Source of the DNA: an uncultured Prevotella sp.
GTDB taxonomy: Bacteria > Bacteroidota > Bacteroidia > Bacteroidales > Bacteroidaceae
Length of the DNA: 64,000 nt
Reading direction: 5' to 3'
Assembly: GCA_902491375.1 (NCBI GenBank)
Contig: CABUHE010000004.1
Location: forward strand, 40,499-104,498
The notes under the pieces were generated by a model. That model was given only the letters and a program-made list of their open reading frames with translations, had not been told where the DNA came from and ran no database searches. Each line of letters opens with the position of its first letter. Positions within the stretch are counted from its first letter, which is position 1. Below are positions 34,270 through 44,923 of the stretch, in pieces. The translations under genes were made by a program, and so were the position numbers.

Positions 34270-35313
34270 ATGACCAAACGCCTGCGTGACAATATAACAT
34301 CTGAATACTTCGGGGCGGCCAACAGACTAAAATCGAAAAAGGCAAGACGGCGCATCGTGGCATACGTAGAGAGCTATGACGACGTGCTGTTCTGGCGCAC
34401 CCTTCTAGCTGACTATGAGGACGACAGCCGGTATTTCGAGGTCATGCTGCCGTCGCACAAAACGCTTGAACGCGGCAAACGGTCGGTACTCATGAGTCTG
34501 TTATATGGCAAAGTAGGTGAAGATATGGTAGCCTGCGTAGACGCAGACTACGACTATCTGATACAAGGTGCCACTGAAACATCTAAAAAGATAATAAGCA
34601 GTCCGTACGTTTTTCATACCTACGCCTACTCTATCGAGAACCTTCAGTGCTATGCTCCGTCGCTGCACAATGTCTGTGTGATGGTTACTCTTAACGACCA
34701 CGCCATATTCGACTTCACCGAATTTATGCGGCAGTACAGCAAAACGATATTTCCTCTCTTCGTTTGGTCTATCTGGCATTACCGCAGGAGCATTTACGGA
34801 CAGTTCACAATAACTGAGTTCAACAAGGTTGTGGAGCTTGGCGGCTTCAACATCAACCATCCTGAAAGCGCCATAGACAACCTTCGTAATAAGGTATGGA
34901 AGAAGACTGACTGGCTGCGCAAGAAGCATCCTGACGCAAAAGAGTCGTATCTTTCACTTAAAAATGAGCTATTTAAGCTCGGTGTTACTCCTGAAACTAC
35001 ATATCTTTACATACAGGGTCATCATCTGTTCGACAAAATCATTATTCCTTTAATGACAAAAATCTGCGGCATTCTGATACGCGAACGCGAGTCAGAGATA
35101 CGCCGGCAGTCTGTGCATGAGACTCAGATGCGCAACGAGCTGTCGTGTTATTCGCACAGTGTGCAGGACATTGAGCAGATGCTCAAGAAAAACACAGGAT
35201 ATCTGAAATCGTCGCAGATGATGCAGCTGAAGAACGATATTGAAAGATTCCTGACAAAAGACAAAAGTCAGATGACACCAGACGCTGATGAAGCTGATGC
35301 CAAGAGAAATTAA
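34270..35313 (+). CDS. DUF4435 TOPRIM-like protein, AriB-like
   Basis: YVESYDD (TOPRIM Glu), CVDADYD (DxD), YSIEN, IQGHH, directly after the ATPase. Confidence 0.8.
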   Translation: MTKRLRDNITSEYFGAANRLKSKKARRRIVAYVESYDDVLFWRTLLADYEDDSRYFEVMLPSHKTLERGKRSVLMSLLYGKVGEDMVACVDADYDYLIQGATETSKKIISSPYVFHTYAYSIENLQCYAPSLHNVCVMVTLNDHAIFDFTEFMRQYSKTIFPLFVWSIWHYRRSIYGQFTITEFNKVVELGGFNINHPESAIDNLRNKVWKKTDWLRKKHPDAKESYLSLKNELFKLGVTPETTYLYIQGHHLFDKIIIPLMTKICGILIRERESEIRRQSVHETQMRNELSCYSHSVQDIEQMLKKNTGYLKSSQMMQLKNDIERFLTKDKSQMTPDADEADAKRN

Positions 35314-35447
35314 AAATACTGTGATTTCCCTGGCTACCGCCCTGAGTTTATATTAATATTTTCAGTATAACCGCATGGCGGCAGCACTTAATAGGTTTCT
35401 TATAAATAATTGCAGGATTCAGATTTTCTGAATAAATACAGACTCAA

Positions 35448-36413
35448 TTAAACATAAGTCTCAAGGAATTTTATCTTTCCGTCTACCTTGATTATCTTTG
35501 TCGTTGCAGGTATCAGCATAGACTCTCCGCCTCGCAGCGGCATTGTGTTACCCTCGTTGTCAGTGAATGTGGCTTCTCCTTTTATTCCTACTATTATCAC
35601 AAAACTGTCAAGCTCGCTGTAATCAAGCGTCATCGGCTCGTCAAGATCATACACAGCAGTGTTGAAATGCTTGCATCTTATCAGCGAAACTCCCTGATTA
35701 CTGGCCGGAACATAGTCCAGACGGTAATCATGCAGAACGTTATAGTCAATACACTCGGCAGCTTTCTGTGTGTGCAGTTCACGCAGATTGCCGTCCTTGT
35801 CACGCCTGTTGAAGTCGTAAATACGGTATGTCACGTCTGACGTCTGCTGTATCTCGGCCAGAAAACAGCCCTTGCCAATACTGTGGATTCGTCCGGCTGG
35901 AATATAAAAACAGTCGTCAGCCTTTACCGGAAACTCAGCTATCGCATCACAAATAGTGCTGTCGTCGACCATAGCTTTATACTGTTCAGGCGTAATCTGC
36001 TTCTTCAATCCGCAACGGAGATAGGCATCCGGGTCTGAATCCATGATGAACCACATCTCGCTTTTGCCGTGTTTCATTCCATATTTTTTCGCCTCTTCGT
36101 CATTAGGATGCACCTGTATCGACAAATCCTGACACGCGTCAATGAACTTTACAAGTAACGGGAACTCATTGCCGAAACGTTTGTAATTATCAGTTCCGAC
36201 AAGTTTATCTTGTAATTCTGCTGTAATCTCGCTTAAAGTCTTTCCCACATAAGGGCCGTTCGCCGCAACGCTCTCGCTGCCTTTAACCCCCGATATTTCC
36301 CAGCTCTCGCCCACATGGCCTCCAGGAATACTCTCTATATGCTTGAAGTCGGCTATCTTATCGCCGCCCCACAGCGTCTGCTTAAGAATAGTTTTGAACT
36401 TGATTGGTTCCAT
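35448..36413 (-). CDS. manA: Class I mannose-6-phosphate isomerase
   Basis: LWGG, GESWE, LSIQVHP, PAGRIH, EIQQTSDVTYRIYD. Confidence 0.95.
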   Translation of the reverse strand: MEPIKFKTILKQTLWGGDKIADFKHIESIPGGHVGESWEISGVKGSESVAANGPYVGKTLSEITAELQDKLVGTDNYKRFGNEFPLLVKFIDACQDLSIQVHPNDEEAKKYGMKHGKSEMWFIMDSDPDAYLRCGLKKQITPEQYKAMVDDSTICDAIAEFPVKADDCFYIPAGRIHSIGKGCFLAEIQQTSDVTYRIYDFNRRDKDGNLRELHTQKAAECIDYNVLHDYRLDYVPASNQGVSLIRCKHFNTAVYDLDEPMTLDYSELDSFVIIVGIKGEATFTDNEGNTMPLRGGESMLIPATTKIIKVDGKIKFLETYV

Positions 36414-36463
36414 ATAAAATAACCTTTACTTATAATTTTAAAATTATATTTAGTCTTACCTTC

Positions 36464-37921
36464 TCAGTTTTTCTTCCAGAAAGCCTGTGTGAACAGCACC
36501 ATTACGCTGATAAACTCAAGACGTCCCATAAGCATCAAGGCTGAACATATCCATTTGGCAGCAACAGGCAGACCGCTCCACGACATCGTAGGACCTATTT
36601 CCGCACCAAGCGTAGGGCCTACGTTGCTAGCGCTGCTTATTGCAATAGTAATGGCATTTGTGCTTTCGATGCCCATAAGTTTAAAACAGAAGAATGCCAC
36701 AATGCAGGTAATTCCATACAAAGCGAAGAACACCAACAGTGTAGCCTGTGCCTGATAAGGTATGTTTGTGTTGTTTAATCTTACTGGAATGACGGCTCTC
36801 GGATGCAGAATATGCTTGAACTCGTTGCGTATTATCCTGAAAAGCATTGCTATACGGATGCACTTAACGCCACCGCTCGTACTTCCAGCACATGAACCGC
36901 ACACCATACACATCGTCAGAACGACCCACGTAAGATGTGGCCATAAGCCTGCGTCTGTGTTGAAAAGACCGGTAGTTGTGATGGAAGACGACACCTGAAA
37001 CAGCGCATACCTGAACGAATCACCAAAATTAATGCCGCTCTGGAATGTCAATATATAAGTAATGAACAGCGTCGAAACCAGTATAATCAACAGATAAAGA
37101 CGCAATTCGGTGTCCTTAAAGAAATCTCTTACCTTATTCTTAAACATCAGAACATAGAGCAAAGAGAAGTTCACGCCCGACAGAATCATGAAAACAATAG
37201 CCGTATAATCTATTGCGGAAGAATTAAAGTAAGCTATACTGGAGTTATGTGTGGCGAATCCTCCAGTCGCCGTGATTGACATTGAATAGCACAGACTGTC
37301 AAACAAACCCATACCAAACAGTAAGAAACAGGCCGCGCATGCTGCTGTCAGTATCAGGTAAATTGCCCATATCCACTTGGCTGTTGTGCTAAGACGTGGG
37401 TGCATTCTGCTCTTTATAGGGCCTGTTGCCTCAGCAGAGAACACCTTGACACTTCCTCCGACAAGCGACGGAAGCACAGCAATGGTAAAGAACATTATAC
37501 CCAAACCGCCTATCCAATGGGTCAATGAGCGCCAGAATAACAATCCGTGAGGCAATGCCTCAACGTCATCTATTATCGTAGCGCCGGTTGTTGTGAAACC
37601 AGACATGGTTTCAAGAAATGCGTCTGTATAGCTTGTAAGATAACCGCTGATGACAAAAGGCAACGCGCCCAATGCACTGAAGATAACCCATATCAGTGCA
37701 ACGAGCAGATAAGCCTCGCGTCTACCCATGCTGTTCTCAGCCTGATAACCTTTGTATTTAAGGCCAATAGCGGCAAAAACAGTTATCGCAATGGCTATGA
37801 GAAATGCCAGAATGTCGTCTTCGCTATAATAAACAGAAATCAGAAGACAAGCGAACATCATCATCGCCTCGATGAACAAGAGCGAGCCTATTACCTTATA
37901 AACCAGTTTGAAGTTTATCAT
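36464..37921 (-). CDS. trkH: Trk potassium uptake membrane protein
   Basis: SGFTTTGAT, WIGGLG, ATGGF, GSTSGG, SNVGP, MLMGRLE. Confidence 0.96.
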   Translation of the reverse strand: MINFKLVYKVIGSLLFIEAMMMFACLLISVYYSEDDILAFLIAIAITVFAAIGLKYKGYQAENSMGRREAYLLVALIWVIFSALGALPFVISGYLTSYTDAFLETMSGFTTTGATIIDDVEALPHGLLFWRSLTHWIGGLGIMFFTIAVLPSLVGGSVKVFSAEATGPIKSRMHPRLSTTAKWIWAIYLILTAACAACFLLFGMGLFDSLCYSMSITATGGFATHNSSIAYFNSSAIDYTAIVFMILSGVNFSLLYVLMFKNKVRDFFKDTELRLYLLIILVSTLFITYILTFQSGINFGDSFRYALFQVSSSITTTGLFNTDAGLWPHLTWVVLTMCMVCGSCAGSTSGGVKCIRIAMLFRIIRNEFKHILHPRAVIPVRLNNTNIPYQAQATLLVFFALYGITCIVAFFCFKLMGIESTNAITIAISSASNVGPTLGAEIGPTMSWSGLPVAAKWICSALMLMGRLEFISVMVLFTQAFWKKN

Positions 37922-37930
37922 CGCAGCCTT

Positions 37931-39274
37931 TTAAATGAAGAATTTTTCTATCTTCGACATATTAACGTTATGACAGAATACCACAACAATGTCTCCGGCT
38001 TCAATCTGCGAGCCTCCAGATACAAGATGTCCTTCACCGTTACGCACCAGTCCACCGATTGTAGCACCGTAAGGAAGACCGAGTTCGTAAACCTTCTTCC
38101 TCGTAACCTTAGAATCCGGCTGTGCAGTGAACTCTGCGACATCAGCATTAGCAGACATAAGGAAACGTGTGTTCTTTACGTCGGAGTCAAGCATCATCTG
38201 GTAAATGTGGCTTGCCGCAATCGCCTTTCGGTTGATGATAGTACCTATATCGAGGCTTTCAGCCATCTTGACATAGTCCATGTTTTCGACCATTGCTATC
38301 GTCTTGCGCACTCCCATACGCTTGGCTGTAAGGCACGCAAGGATGTTTGTCTCGGCGTTACCTGTCAGAGCGACAAATGCCTGAGTATTCTTTATTCCCT
38401 CCTCGACAAGCAGCGGAATGTCGCGTCCGTCGCCGTTGAGCACCATTATCTTGTCCGTATCGATAAGCTCGTTAATCTGTTCACATCGCTTCTCGTCAGC
38501 TTCAATGATTTTGGCGTTCATGTATTCGGGAATCATCTGCACGGCTCTTATCGCCGTATTGCCGCCACCCATTATCATGACGTTCTTCACATCGACGTAA
38601 TGTTCCTTTCCAACAAGCTTTCTTATATAAGGTATATAATTGCGCGTGGTCATGAAGTAAGCCATGTCGTATATCTTCAAAACATCGTCACCACGCGGAA
38701 TTATGGTCTCATCGCCGCGCTTTACGGCAACAATATGGTAAGGCGACTCCGGCTTGCACAAATCTTTCAACGGCTCGTTGAGTATCTCGCACGTCTCTCT
38801 CAGCTTTATGCCGAGCATTATCAATGCACCGTTGTGCACATCCCAACGCTGGCGTACCCAACTCATTTTCAATCCGTTAACGATATCATAGGCAGCAAGA
38901 TTCTCCGGATAAATAAGCGAATCGACACCGACTTTTGCAAGGAAAGCCTTCGGCTCAGGGTCAATGAACTCATAATTGTTCACCTTTGCCACGGTCTTCT
39001 TTGCTCCCAAAGCCTTGGCTATGATGCTGCTGTTCATGTTCATGTTCTCGTCAGGCGTAACTCCTATATACAAGTCGGCGTGTCCTACACCTGCGTCTTT
39101 CAGAGCCTTTATGCTCGATGGTGAAGCATGAATAGTCATAAGATCGTAGTCGCTGCTGACGCTGTTAAGCCGTTCCTCGTCCTCATCAATCAGAACGATG
39201 TCCTGGTCGTTGCGCGACAACAGCTGTGCCAGATATGTACCGATTGCGTAAGCTCCTGCAATAATGATCTTCAT
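37931..39274 (-). CDS. trkA: Trk potassium uptake NAD-binding protein
   Basis: Two RCK domains (MKIIIAGA; VMIMGGG) with TrkA_C domains, next to trkH. Confidence 0.96.
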   Translation of the reverse strand: MKIIIAGAYAIGTYLAQLLSRNDQDIVLIDEDEERLNSVSSDYDLMTIHASPSSIKALKDAGVGHADLYIGVTPDENMNMNSSIIAKALGAKKTVAKVNNYEFIDPEPKAFLAKVGVDSLIYPENLAAYDIVNGLKMSWVRQRWDVHNGALIMLGIKLRETCEILNEPLKDLCKPESPYHIVAVKRGDETIIPRGDDVLKIYDMAYFMTTRNYIPYIRKLVGKEHYVDVKNVMIMGGGNTAIRAVQMIPEYMNAKIIEADEKRCEQINELIDTDKIMVLNGDGRDIPLLVEEGIKNTQAFVALTGNAETNILACLTAKRMGVRKTIAMVENMDYVKMAESLDIGTIINRKAIAASHIYQMMLDSDVKNTRFLMSANADVAEFTAQPDSKVTRKKVYELGLPYGATIGGLVRNGEGHLVSGGSQIEAGDIVVVFCHNVNMSKIEKFFI

Positions 39275-39286
39275 CTTCTCACATTA

Positions 39287-41224
39287 TTAGTTGTTCTCAA
39301 CACCGCTGCAAAGTCCAAGCCTGCCGGCTGCATTCTTTATAGTGTCAGCTATCGAATCAACGTCGATTCCAACGATATGCTGAAGCTGGTCAACTGTGCC
39401 GTGCTCAACAAACTCATCGGGCAGTCCGAGCCTTGTAACACGTATCTGTATGTCGCGGTCAGCCATCCATTCAAGCACTGAAGAGCCAAAGCCGCCATTG
39501 CGGACTCCGTCCTCAATGGTTATCACTTCTTTGAAACCGGCACTTATCTCTTCGAGCAACTGCTCGTCGAGCGGCTTTATGAAGCGCATGTCATAATGCG
39601 CCACGTTTAGTCCCGGGCAGGCTTTCTCTGCCTCGGCTATCGCTTTTGTCACGTTATTCCCTATCGGGCCGACTGACAAGACGGCAACTCCGCTGCCCTC
39701 TTTCAACCTGCGGCCTGTGCCTATCTTGATTTCTTCCATCTTGTTCCGCCAGTCAACAAGCACGCCATGGCCTCGCGGATACCTTATAACAAACGAGCCC
39801 TTGCCTTCAAGCTGGGCAGTGTACATAAGGTTGCGAAGCTCATGCTCGTTCATCGGCGACGCAATGGTAAGATTAGGTATCGGGCGCAGTGCGGCTATGT
39901 CGAACGCACCGTGGTGCGTGGCTCCGTCCTCGCCTACCAGTCCGGCACGGTCAAGACAGAGTACAACAGGCAGATTCAGCAGCGCCATGTCGTGAATAAC
40001 GTTGTCGTAAGCACGCTGCGCGAACGAGCTGTATATGTTGCAGAACGGCTGAAGTCCGTCCTTAGCCATACCTGCCGCAAAGGTTACAGCGTGACCTTCG
40101 GCTATGCCTACGTCAAAAGCACGGTCGGGCATGGCTTTCATCATTATGTTCATTGAGCATCCGGTAGGCATGGCCGGAGTAACACCTACAATACGCGGAT
40201 TGGCCTTTGCAAGCTCGAGCAGAGTCTCACCGAACACTGTCTGAAACTTTGGCGGTATGCCGGTCTCGTCAGTTACGATGCGCTCCTCTGCGTCAATATC
40301 GAACTTTCCGGGCGAATGCCATACTGTAGGATCCTTTTCGGCAGGAGCATATCCATGGCCTTTGATTGTGTGCAGATGCAGCAGTTTAGGGCCTTTCATG
40401 CTCTTGAGCTGCCTCATTATGCGCACCATCTCGATAACGTTATGCCCGTCGAACGGTCCGAAATATCTTATATTAAGTCCTTCGAAAATATTTTGCTGAT
40501 GGCTTATAGCCGACTTCAGCGCGTTATTAAGTCTTATTATGCCTTTGCGCCGGTCTTCGTTAAGATATCCTTTGGAGTTAAGCCAGCGTGAGGCCTTGAA
40601 CCTCATACGGTTATAAGTCTCGTTGGTGTTCAGCTTCAGCAGAGCCTGTTTCAGTCCGCCCACACTGCGGTCAATGCTCATGTTGTTGTCATTGAGCACT
40701 ATAAGCAGATCGTTAGGCGTTGTCGATACATTATTCAGTCCCTCAAAAGCCAGACCTCCGCTCATGGCTCCGTCGCCGATTATGGCTACGATGTGCCTCT
40801 TTGTGTTACCCGTCATACGGGCAGCGACATCCATACCGAGCGCTGCCGATATTGAATTAGACGCGTGTCCGCAGGCGAAGCTGTCATATTCGCTCTCCAG
40901 CGGCGACGGGAACGGCCTTAAGCCGTGCAGCTTTCGGTTTGTCTTGAAAAGGTCCTTACGCCCTGTCAGTATTTTGTGTCCGTATGCCTGATGCCCTACA
41001 TCCCATACAAGCCTGTCATCAGGTGTATCATAGACATAGTGCAACGCTACAGTCAGCTCGACCGCACCCAAGCTCGAGGCCAGATGGCCAGGGTTTACCG
41101 AGAGTTCTTTCAGTATATCCTGCCGCAGCTCAGCACATAGTTGCGGCAACTGTTCAACTTTCAGCCTCCTTAAATCGGCAGGGGTTTTAATATTGTCAAG
41201 CAGGTTAAAAGTTCTATCTTTCAC
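39287..41224 (-). CDS. dxs: 1-deoxy-D-xylulose-5-phosphate synthase
   Basis: [16 protein letters not shown]...[27 protein letters not shown] start, with a TACCTTTG -7 box at 41258-41251. Confidence 0.98.
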   Translation of the reverse strand: MKDRTFNLLDNIKTPADLRRLKVEQLPQLCAELRQDILKELSVNPGHLASSLGAVELTVALHYVYDTPDDRLVWDVGHQAYGHKILTGRKDLFKTNRKLHGLRPFPSPLESEYDSFACGHASNSISAALGMDVAARMTGNTKRHIVAIIGDGAMSGGLAFEGLNNVSTTPNDLLIVLNDNNMSIDRSVGGLKQALLKLNTNETYNRMRFKASRWLNSKGYLNEDRRKGIIRLNNALKSAISHQQNIFEGLNIRYFGPFDGHNVIEMVRIMRQLKSMKGPKLLHLHTIKGHGYAPAEKDPTVWHSPGKFDIDAEERIVTDETGIPPKFQTVFGETLLELAKANPRIVGVTPAMPTGCSMNIMMKAMPDRAFDVGIAEGHAVTFAAGMAKDGLQPFCNIYSSFAQRAYDNVIHDMALLNLPVVLCLDRAGLVGEDGATHHGAFDIAALRPIPNLTIASPMNEHELRNLMYTAQLEGKGSFVIRYPRGHGVLVDWRNKMEEIKIGTGRRLKEGSGVAVLSVGPIGNNVTKAIAEAEKACPGLNVAHYDMRFIKPLDEQLLEEISAGFKEVITIEDGVRNGGFGSSVLEWMADRDIQIRVTRLGLPDEFVEHGTVDQLQHIVGIDVDSIADTIKNAAGRLGLCSGVENN

Positions 41225-41503
41225 TTTAACTAAATAAATGAATATTATTGCAAAGGTAATGTAAAAAATCGACAGAACGAAATATTAAGGATAATATCTT
41301 ACACTTTTATCCATTCTGAAACACCCTGAACAAATCGTAACATCATTTTTCTACAGCCTAAACGATAATACGGACAACAGACTTTTATGGCACAAACCGG
41401 CAGGCAACAAAACATAATAACAGACATTCAGAAAAAACATCAGGCACAATGTACTATACAAAGCGCAACTGCCAGAATATCAGCACATTACGTGTACGGT
41501 CGC

Positions 41504-41591
41504 AAAACATGGTCTTTTAGGCCGTAAAAGATGCTCTTTTACACGGTGAAAAGGCATCTTTTACAACTCAATAAACCACCTTTCGCAATCA
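41504..41591. repeat. Intergenic 22-bp periodic array, copy 5
   Basis: Units start at 41504, 41526, 41548 and 41570. CAGAATATCAG lies at about 41473. Confidence 0.8.
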
Positions 41592-41789
41592 GCATACTCA
41601 TACCTGTCTCAGCCAAAGGCCTCATAGCAAATATTGATACAAATCAAAAAAGTATGGCTCACGTATCAAATTTTAGCCTTTTATGATGGTCTAAACAGAT
41701 AAAGGGTTATAATTTTGCAGTTGAAAACACGACTGACGTTACAATACGTCAGCTCGACATTAAGGATAACGATTTAAATTTAAGGTATT

Positions 41790-41879
41790 ATGAAAAAGGT
41801 AAAAAGATTGTTCTATTCATTTAAGAGAAACTTTGAGTGGAGAGAGAAAAGAACGTACGGACTTGCTTACGGCAGATAA
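41790..41879 (+). CDS. Candidate 29-aa small basic protein MKKVKRLFYSFKRNFEWREKRTYGLAYGR
   Basis: ATG 41790 to TAA 41879, -7 box TAATTTTG at 41710-41717, AT-rich leader, downstream hairpin and T-run at 41961-42015. Confidence 0.5.
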   Translation: MKKVKRLFYSFKRNFEWREKRTYGLAYGR

Positions 41880-41960
41880 CTGCCAGATAATACCTACCTC
41901 TCCACAGGGCATACAGCCCGCAGGATAACATTAACAGCAACAACGGCTTATAAGAGCCAC

Positions 41961-42015
41961 GGCAGGTATGGGTAACACGGACATTAAGTCTGAACTGTCC
42001 AAGCCTGCCATTTTT
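41961..42015 (+). terminator. Candidate intrinsic terminator after the small ORF
   Basis: GGCAGG/CCTGCC outer arms and GGACA/TGTCC inner arms, followed by a T-run. Confidence 0.45.
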
Positions 42016-42781
42016 ATTTTATCCGAAGACGATAAAGACATCAGACTTACTGAAACATATAAAATGAAAGGCAGCCTTTTGCACGTCAAGGATGTGCTCC
42101 CCAAGCATACAAGAAGGCTACCTGTTCAAGAAAACAACCTTTTACACACTTTTTAACCACAAAAAGCTTTAACCTACTATATTATCAAATCTTACAGTTA
42201 ACTCCCCGACCTTACAACGGCCAGGATGAATAAAAAATCGCCTTACAATGACGAACTATGCTAAAAATCGCCTTAATATCCTTTAATTAGATGCACGAAG
42301 GCCCGTATGGTTTAATCAGACATTGCATTTTGACGCATAAAAATATAATTTATTTATCATTATGCACATTTCAGCCACTCTGACTTCTGCAAGATGAAAA
42401 GTTGGCATATAGCATGACGACGTGGGCAGAACTCCATATTACAACACTTCAACAACTATGAATACATAATGAATAAACGGCTTTACGGCCCCTGAAAGAC
42501 TCAACACCAACGTGCCCTTTGTGACATACATGCCTGTAAAAAGCCATAAATTATGACACAAAATGCGCCAAAATGTCACTCGTTATAGTGCATTCTGGCT
42601 GTTGGCATACGTTTTGTTAAATAATTAGCGGCTTCAGTTACGGCTACAGAGTCAGGCAGCTGACACGAGCCACGACGGGCACACGGCGCAAAGCCGACGC
42701 CCAAACGACTTGCAGCTAACGGCTTGAATAACCGTGAAGCATTAATTTAAACTGAAAAAATAACAAAAAATAAATACGATT

Positions 42782-44710
42782 ATGGGAAAGATTATTGGAA
42801 TCGACTTAGGTACAACAAACTCATGCGTTGCAGTATTTGAAGGCAACGAACCTGTTGTAATAGCTAACAGCGAAGGCAAGCGCACAACTCCTTCAGTTGT
42901 TGGATTCGTAAAAGACGGCGAGCGTAAGATTGGTGATCCTGCAAAACGTCAGGCCATCACAAACCCGAAGAACACTATATATTCAATCAAGCGTTTCATG
43001 GGTGAGACTTACGAGCAGAGCCGTAAAGAGGCAGAGCGCGTACCGTTCACTGTCGTAAACGAGGGCGGATATCCCCGTGTAGACATTGAGGGACGTAAAT
43101 ATACTCCGCAGGAAATCTCAGCCATGATTCTTCAGAAGATGAAGAAGACTGCCGAAGACTACCTCGGACAGGAAGTTACAGATGCAGTCATCACTGTTCC
43201 GGCATACTTCTCTGACTCACAACGTCAGGCTACCAAGGAAGCCGGACAGATAGCAGGACTCAACGTACGCCGTATCGTCAACGAGCCTACCGCAGCAGCA
43301 CTTGCTTACGGTGTTGACAAGGCCAACAAGGATATGAAGATTGCAGTGTTCGACCTCGGTGGTGGTACATTCGATATCTCAATCCTTGAGTTCGGTGGAG
43401 GCGTATTTGAGGTACTTTCTACCAACGGTGATACCCACCTGGGTGGTGATGACTTCGACCAGGTTATCATCGACTGGCTGGTAAACGGCTTCAAGGCTGA
43501 CGAAGGCATCGACCTTTCTAAAGACCCGATGGCTATGCAGCGTCTGAAGGAAGCTGCCGAGAAGGCTAAGATTGAATTGTCAAGCTCAACTTCAACAGAA
43601 ATCAACCTGCCTTACATCACAGCTGAAGGCGGTGTTCCTAAGCACCTTGTAAAGACTCTTACACGTGCACAGTTCGAGCAGTTGGCTCACTCTCTGATCC
43701 AGGCTTGCCTCGTTCCTTGCCAGAACGCAATACGCGATGCCAAGCTGACAACATCAGATATCGACGAGGTTATCCTCGTAGGTGGTTCAAGCCGTATCCC
43801 TGCCGTACAGGAATTGGTTAAGAACTACTTCGGCAAAGAGCCTTCTAAGGGTGTCAACCCGGATGAGGTTGTAGCCGTAGGTGCTGCCATCCAGGGCGCA
43901 ATTCTTAACAAAGAGAGCGGCGTCGGCGACATCGTGCTCCTCGACGTAACTCCGTTGACCCTCGGTATCGAGACAATGGGTGGTGTAATGACAAAACTTA
44001 TCGATGCCAACACCACAATTCCTTGCAAGAAGAGCGAGGTATTCTCAACCGCAGTCGACAATCAGACAGCTGTAACTATCCACGTACTCCAGGGCGAGCG
44101 TCCTATGGCCGCACAGAACAAGAGTATCGGTCAGTTCAACCTTGAAGGCATTGCTCCGGCACGCCGTGGCGTTCCTCAGATTGAGGTTACATTCGATATC
44201 GATGCAAACGGTATCCTTAACGTAAGCGCAAAGGATAAGGCTACAGGCAAAGAGCAGGCCATCCGTATCGAGGCTTCATCTGGTCTGACACAGGACGAGA
44301 TCAACCGTATGAAGGCAGAGGCCGAGCAGAACGCTGAGAACGATAAGAAAGAGCGTGAGCGTGTAGACAAGATGAATCAGGCAGACTCAATGATCTTCAC
44401 AACCGAGAACTTCCTGAAAGACAACGGCGACAAGATTCCTGCCGACCAGAAGTCTAACATCGAATCAGCTCTCCAGCAGCTCCGCGATGCTCACAAGAGC
44501 GGTGACGTTACAGCAATCGACAACGCTATCAACGGCCTCAACAGCGTAATGCAGGCAGCCAGCGCTCAGATGTATCAGAACGCAGGTAGCGCACAGCCTA
44601 ACGCAGGCCAGGGCTTCACAGGCAACACTAACGCCGGTGCAGGCCAGCAGGACAACAGCAAGGCTAATGACAGCAACGTTCAGGACGCCGACTTCGAGGA
44701 AGTCAAGTGA
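42782..44710 (+). CDS. dnaK: Hsp70 chaperone DnaK
   Basis: [33 protein letters not shown]-terminal DADFEEVK. Confidence 0.99.
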   Translation: MGKIIGIDLGTTNSCVAVFEGNEPVVIANSEGKRTTPSVVGFVKDGERKIGDPAKRQAITNPKNTIYSIKRFMGETYEQSRKEAERVPFTVVNEGGYPRVDIEGRKYTPQEISAMILQKMKKTAEDYLGQEVTDAVITVPAYFSDSQRQATKEAGQIAGLNVRRIVNEPTAAALAYGVDKANKDMKIAVFDLGGGTFDISILEFGGGVFEVLSTNGDTHLGGDDFDQVIIDWLVNGFKADEGIDLSKDPMAMQRLKEAAEKAKIELSSSTSTEINLPYITAEGGVPKHLVKTLTRAQFEQLAHSLIQACLVPCQNAIRDAKLTTSDIDEVILVGGSSRIPAVQELVKNYFGKEPSKGVNPDEVVAVGAAIQGAILNKESGVGDIVLLDVTPLTLGIETMGGVMTKLIDANTTIPCKKSEVFSTAVDNQTAVTIHVLQGERPMAAQNKSIGQFNLEGIAPARRGVPQIEVTFDIDANGILNVSAKDKATGKEQAIRIEASSGLTQDEINRMKAEAEQNAENDKKERERVDKMNQADSMIFTTENFLKDNGDKIPADQKSNIESALQQLRDAHKSGDVTAIDNAINGLNSVMQAASAQMYQNAGSAQPNAGQGFTGNTNAGAGQQDNSKANDSNVQDADFEEVK

Positions 44711-44741
44711 TTCCGATAAGTAAAGACATACTAAATCGCAA

Positions 44742-44779
44742 GCAAAAGCGTGCAGCTCAATGAGTTGCACGCTTTTTGC
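44742..44779 (+). terminator. Intrinsic terminator after dnaK
   Basis: GCAAAAGCGTGCAGCTCA pairs with TGAGTTGCACGCTTTTTGC as a near-perfect hairpin with a T-tract. Confidence 0.85.
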
Positions 44780-44830
44780 GTTTATGGGGTTCATGGTTGC
44801 TATGTGTTTTCTATGGGCTTTTTTATCTCT

Positions 44831-44852
44831 TATTTGCGACATATTTGCGACA
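44831..44852 (+). repeat. Tandem 11-bp direct repeat TATTTGCGACA x2 (candidate integrase arm site)
   Basis: Exact copies at 44831-44841 and 44842-44852, at the element's left end. Confidence 0.6.
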
Positions 44853-44923
44853 AGACAAAAAAGTAGATAATGTGGAACGAAATCCCACTTATCCACACTT
44901 ATACATACTTAAAAGTAGATAAT

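Noticed and set aside
37547..39124. 525-aa plus-strand ORF
   Set aside because: It is antisense to trkA/trkH, has no recognisable motifs, and is best read as a shadow ORF.
41968..42156. 62-aa ORF in the dxs-dnaK spacer
   Set aside because: It starts inside a terminator-like hairpin, overlaps a degenerate repeat and has no convincing leader.
44711..44920. tRNA or tmRNA as the integration target
   Set aside because: No cloverleaf or T-loop motif is recognisable here, and I saw no rRNA or tRNA gene elsewhere in the window.
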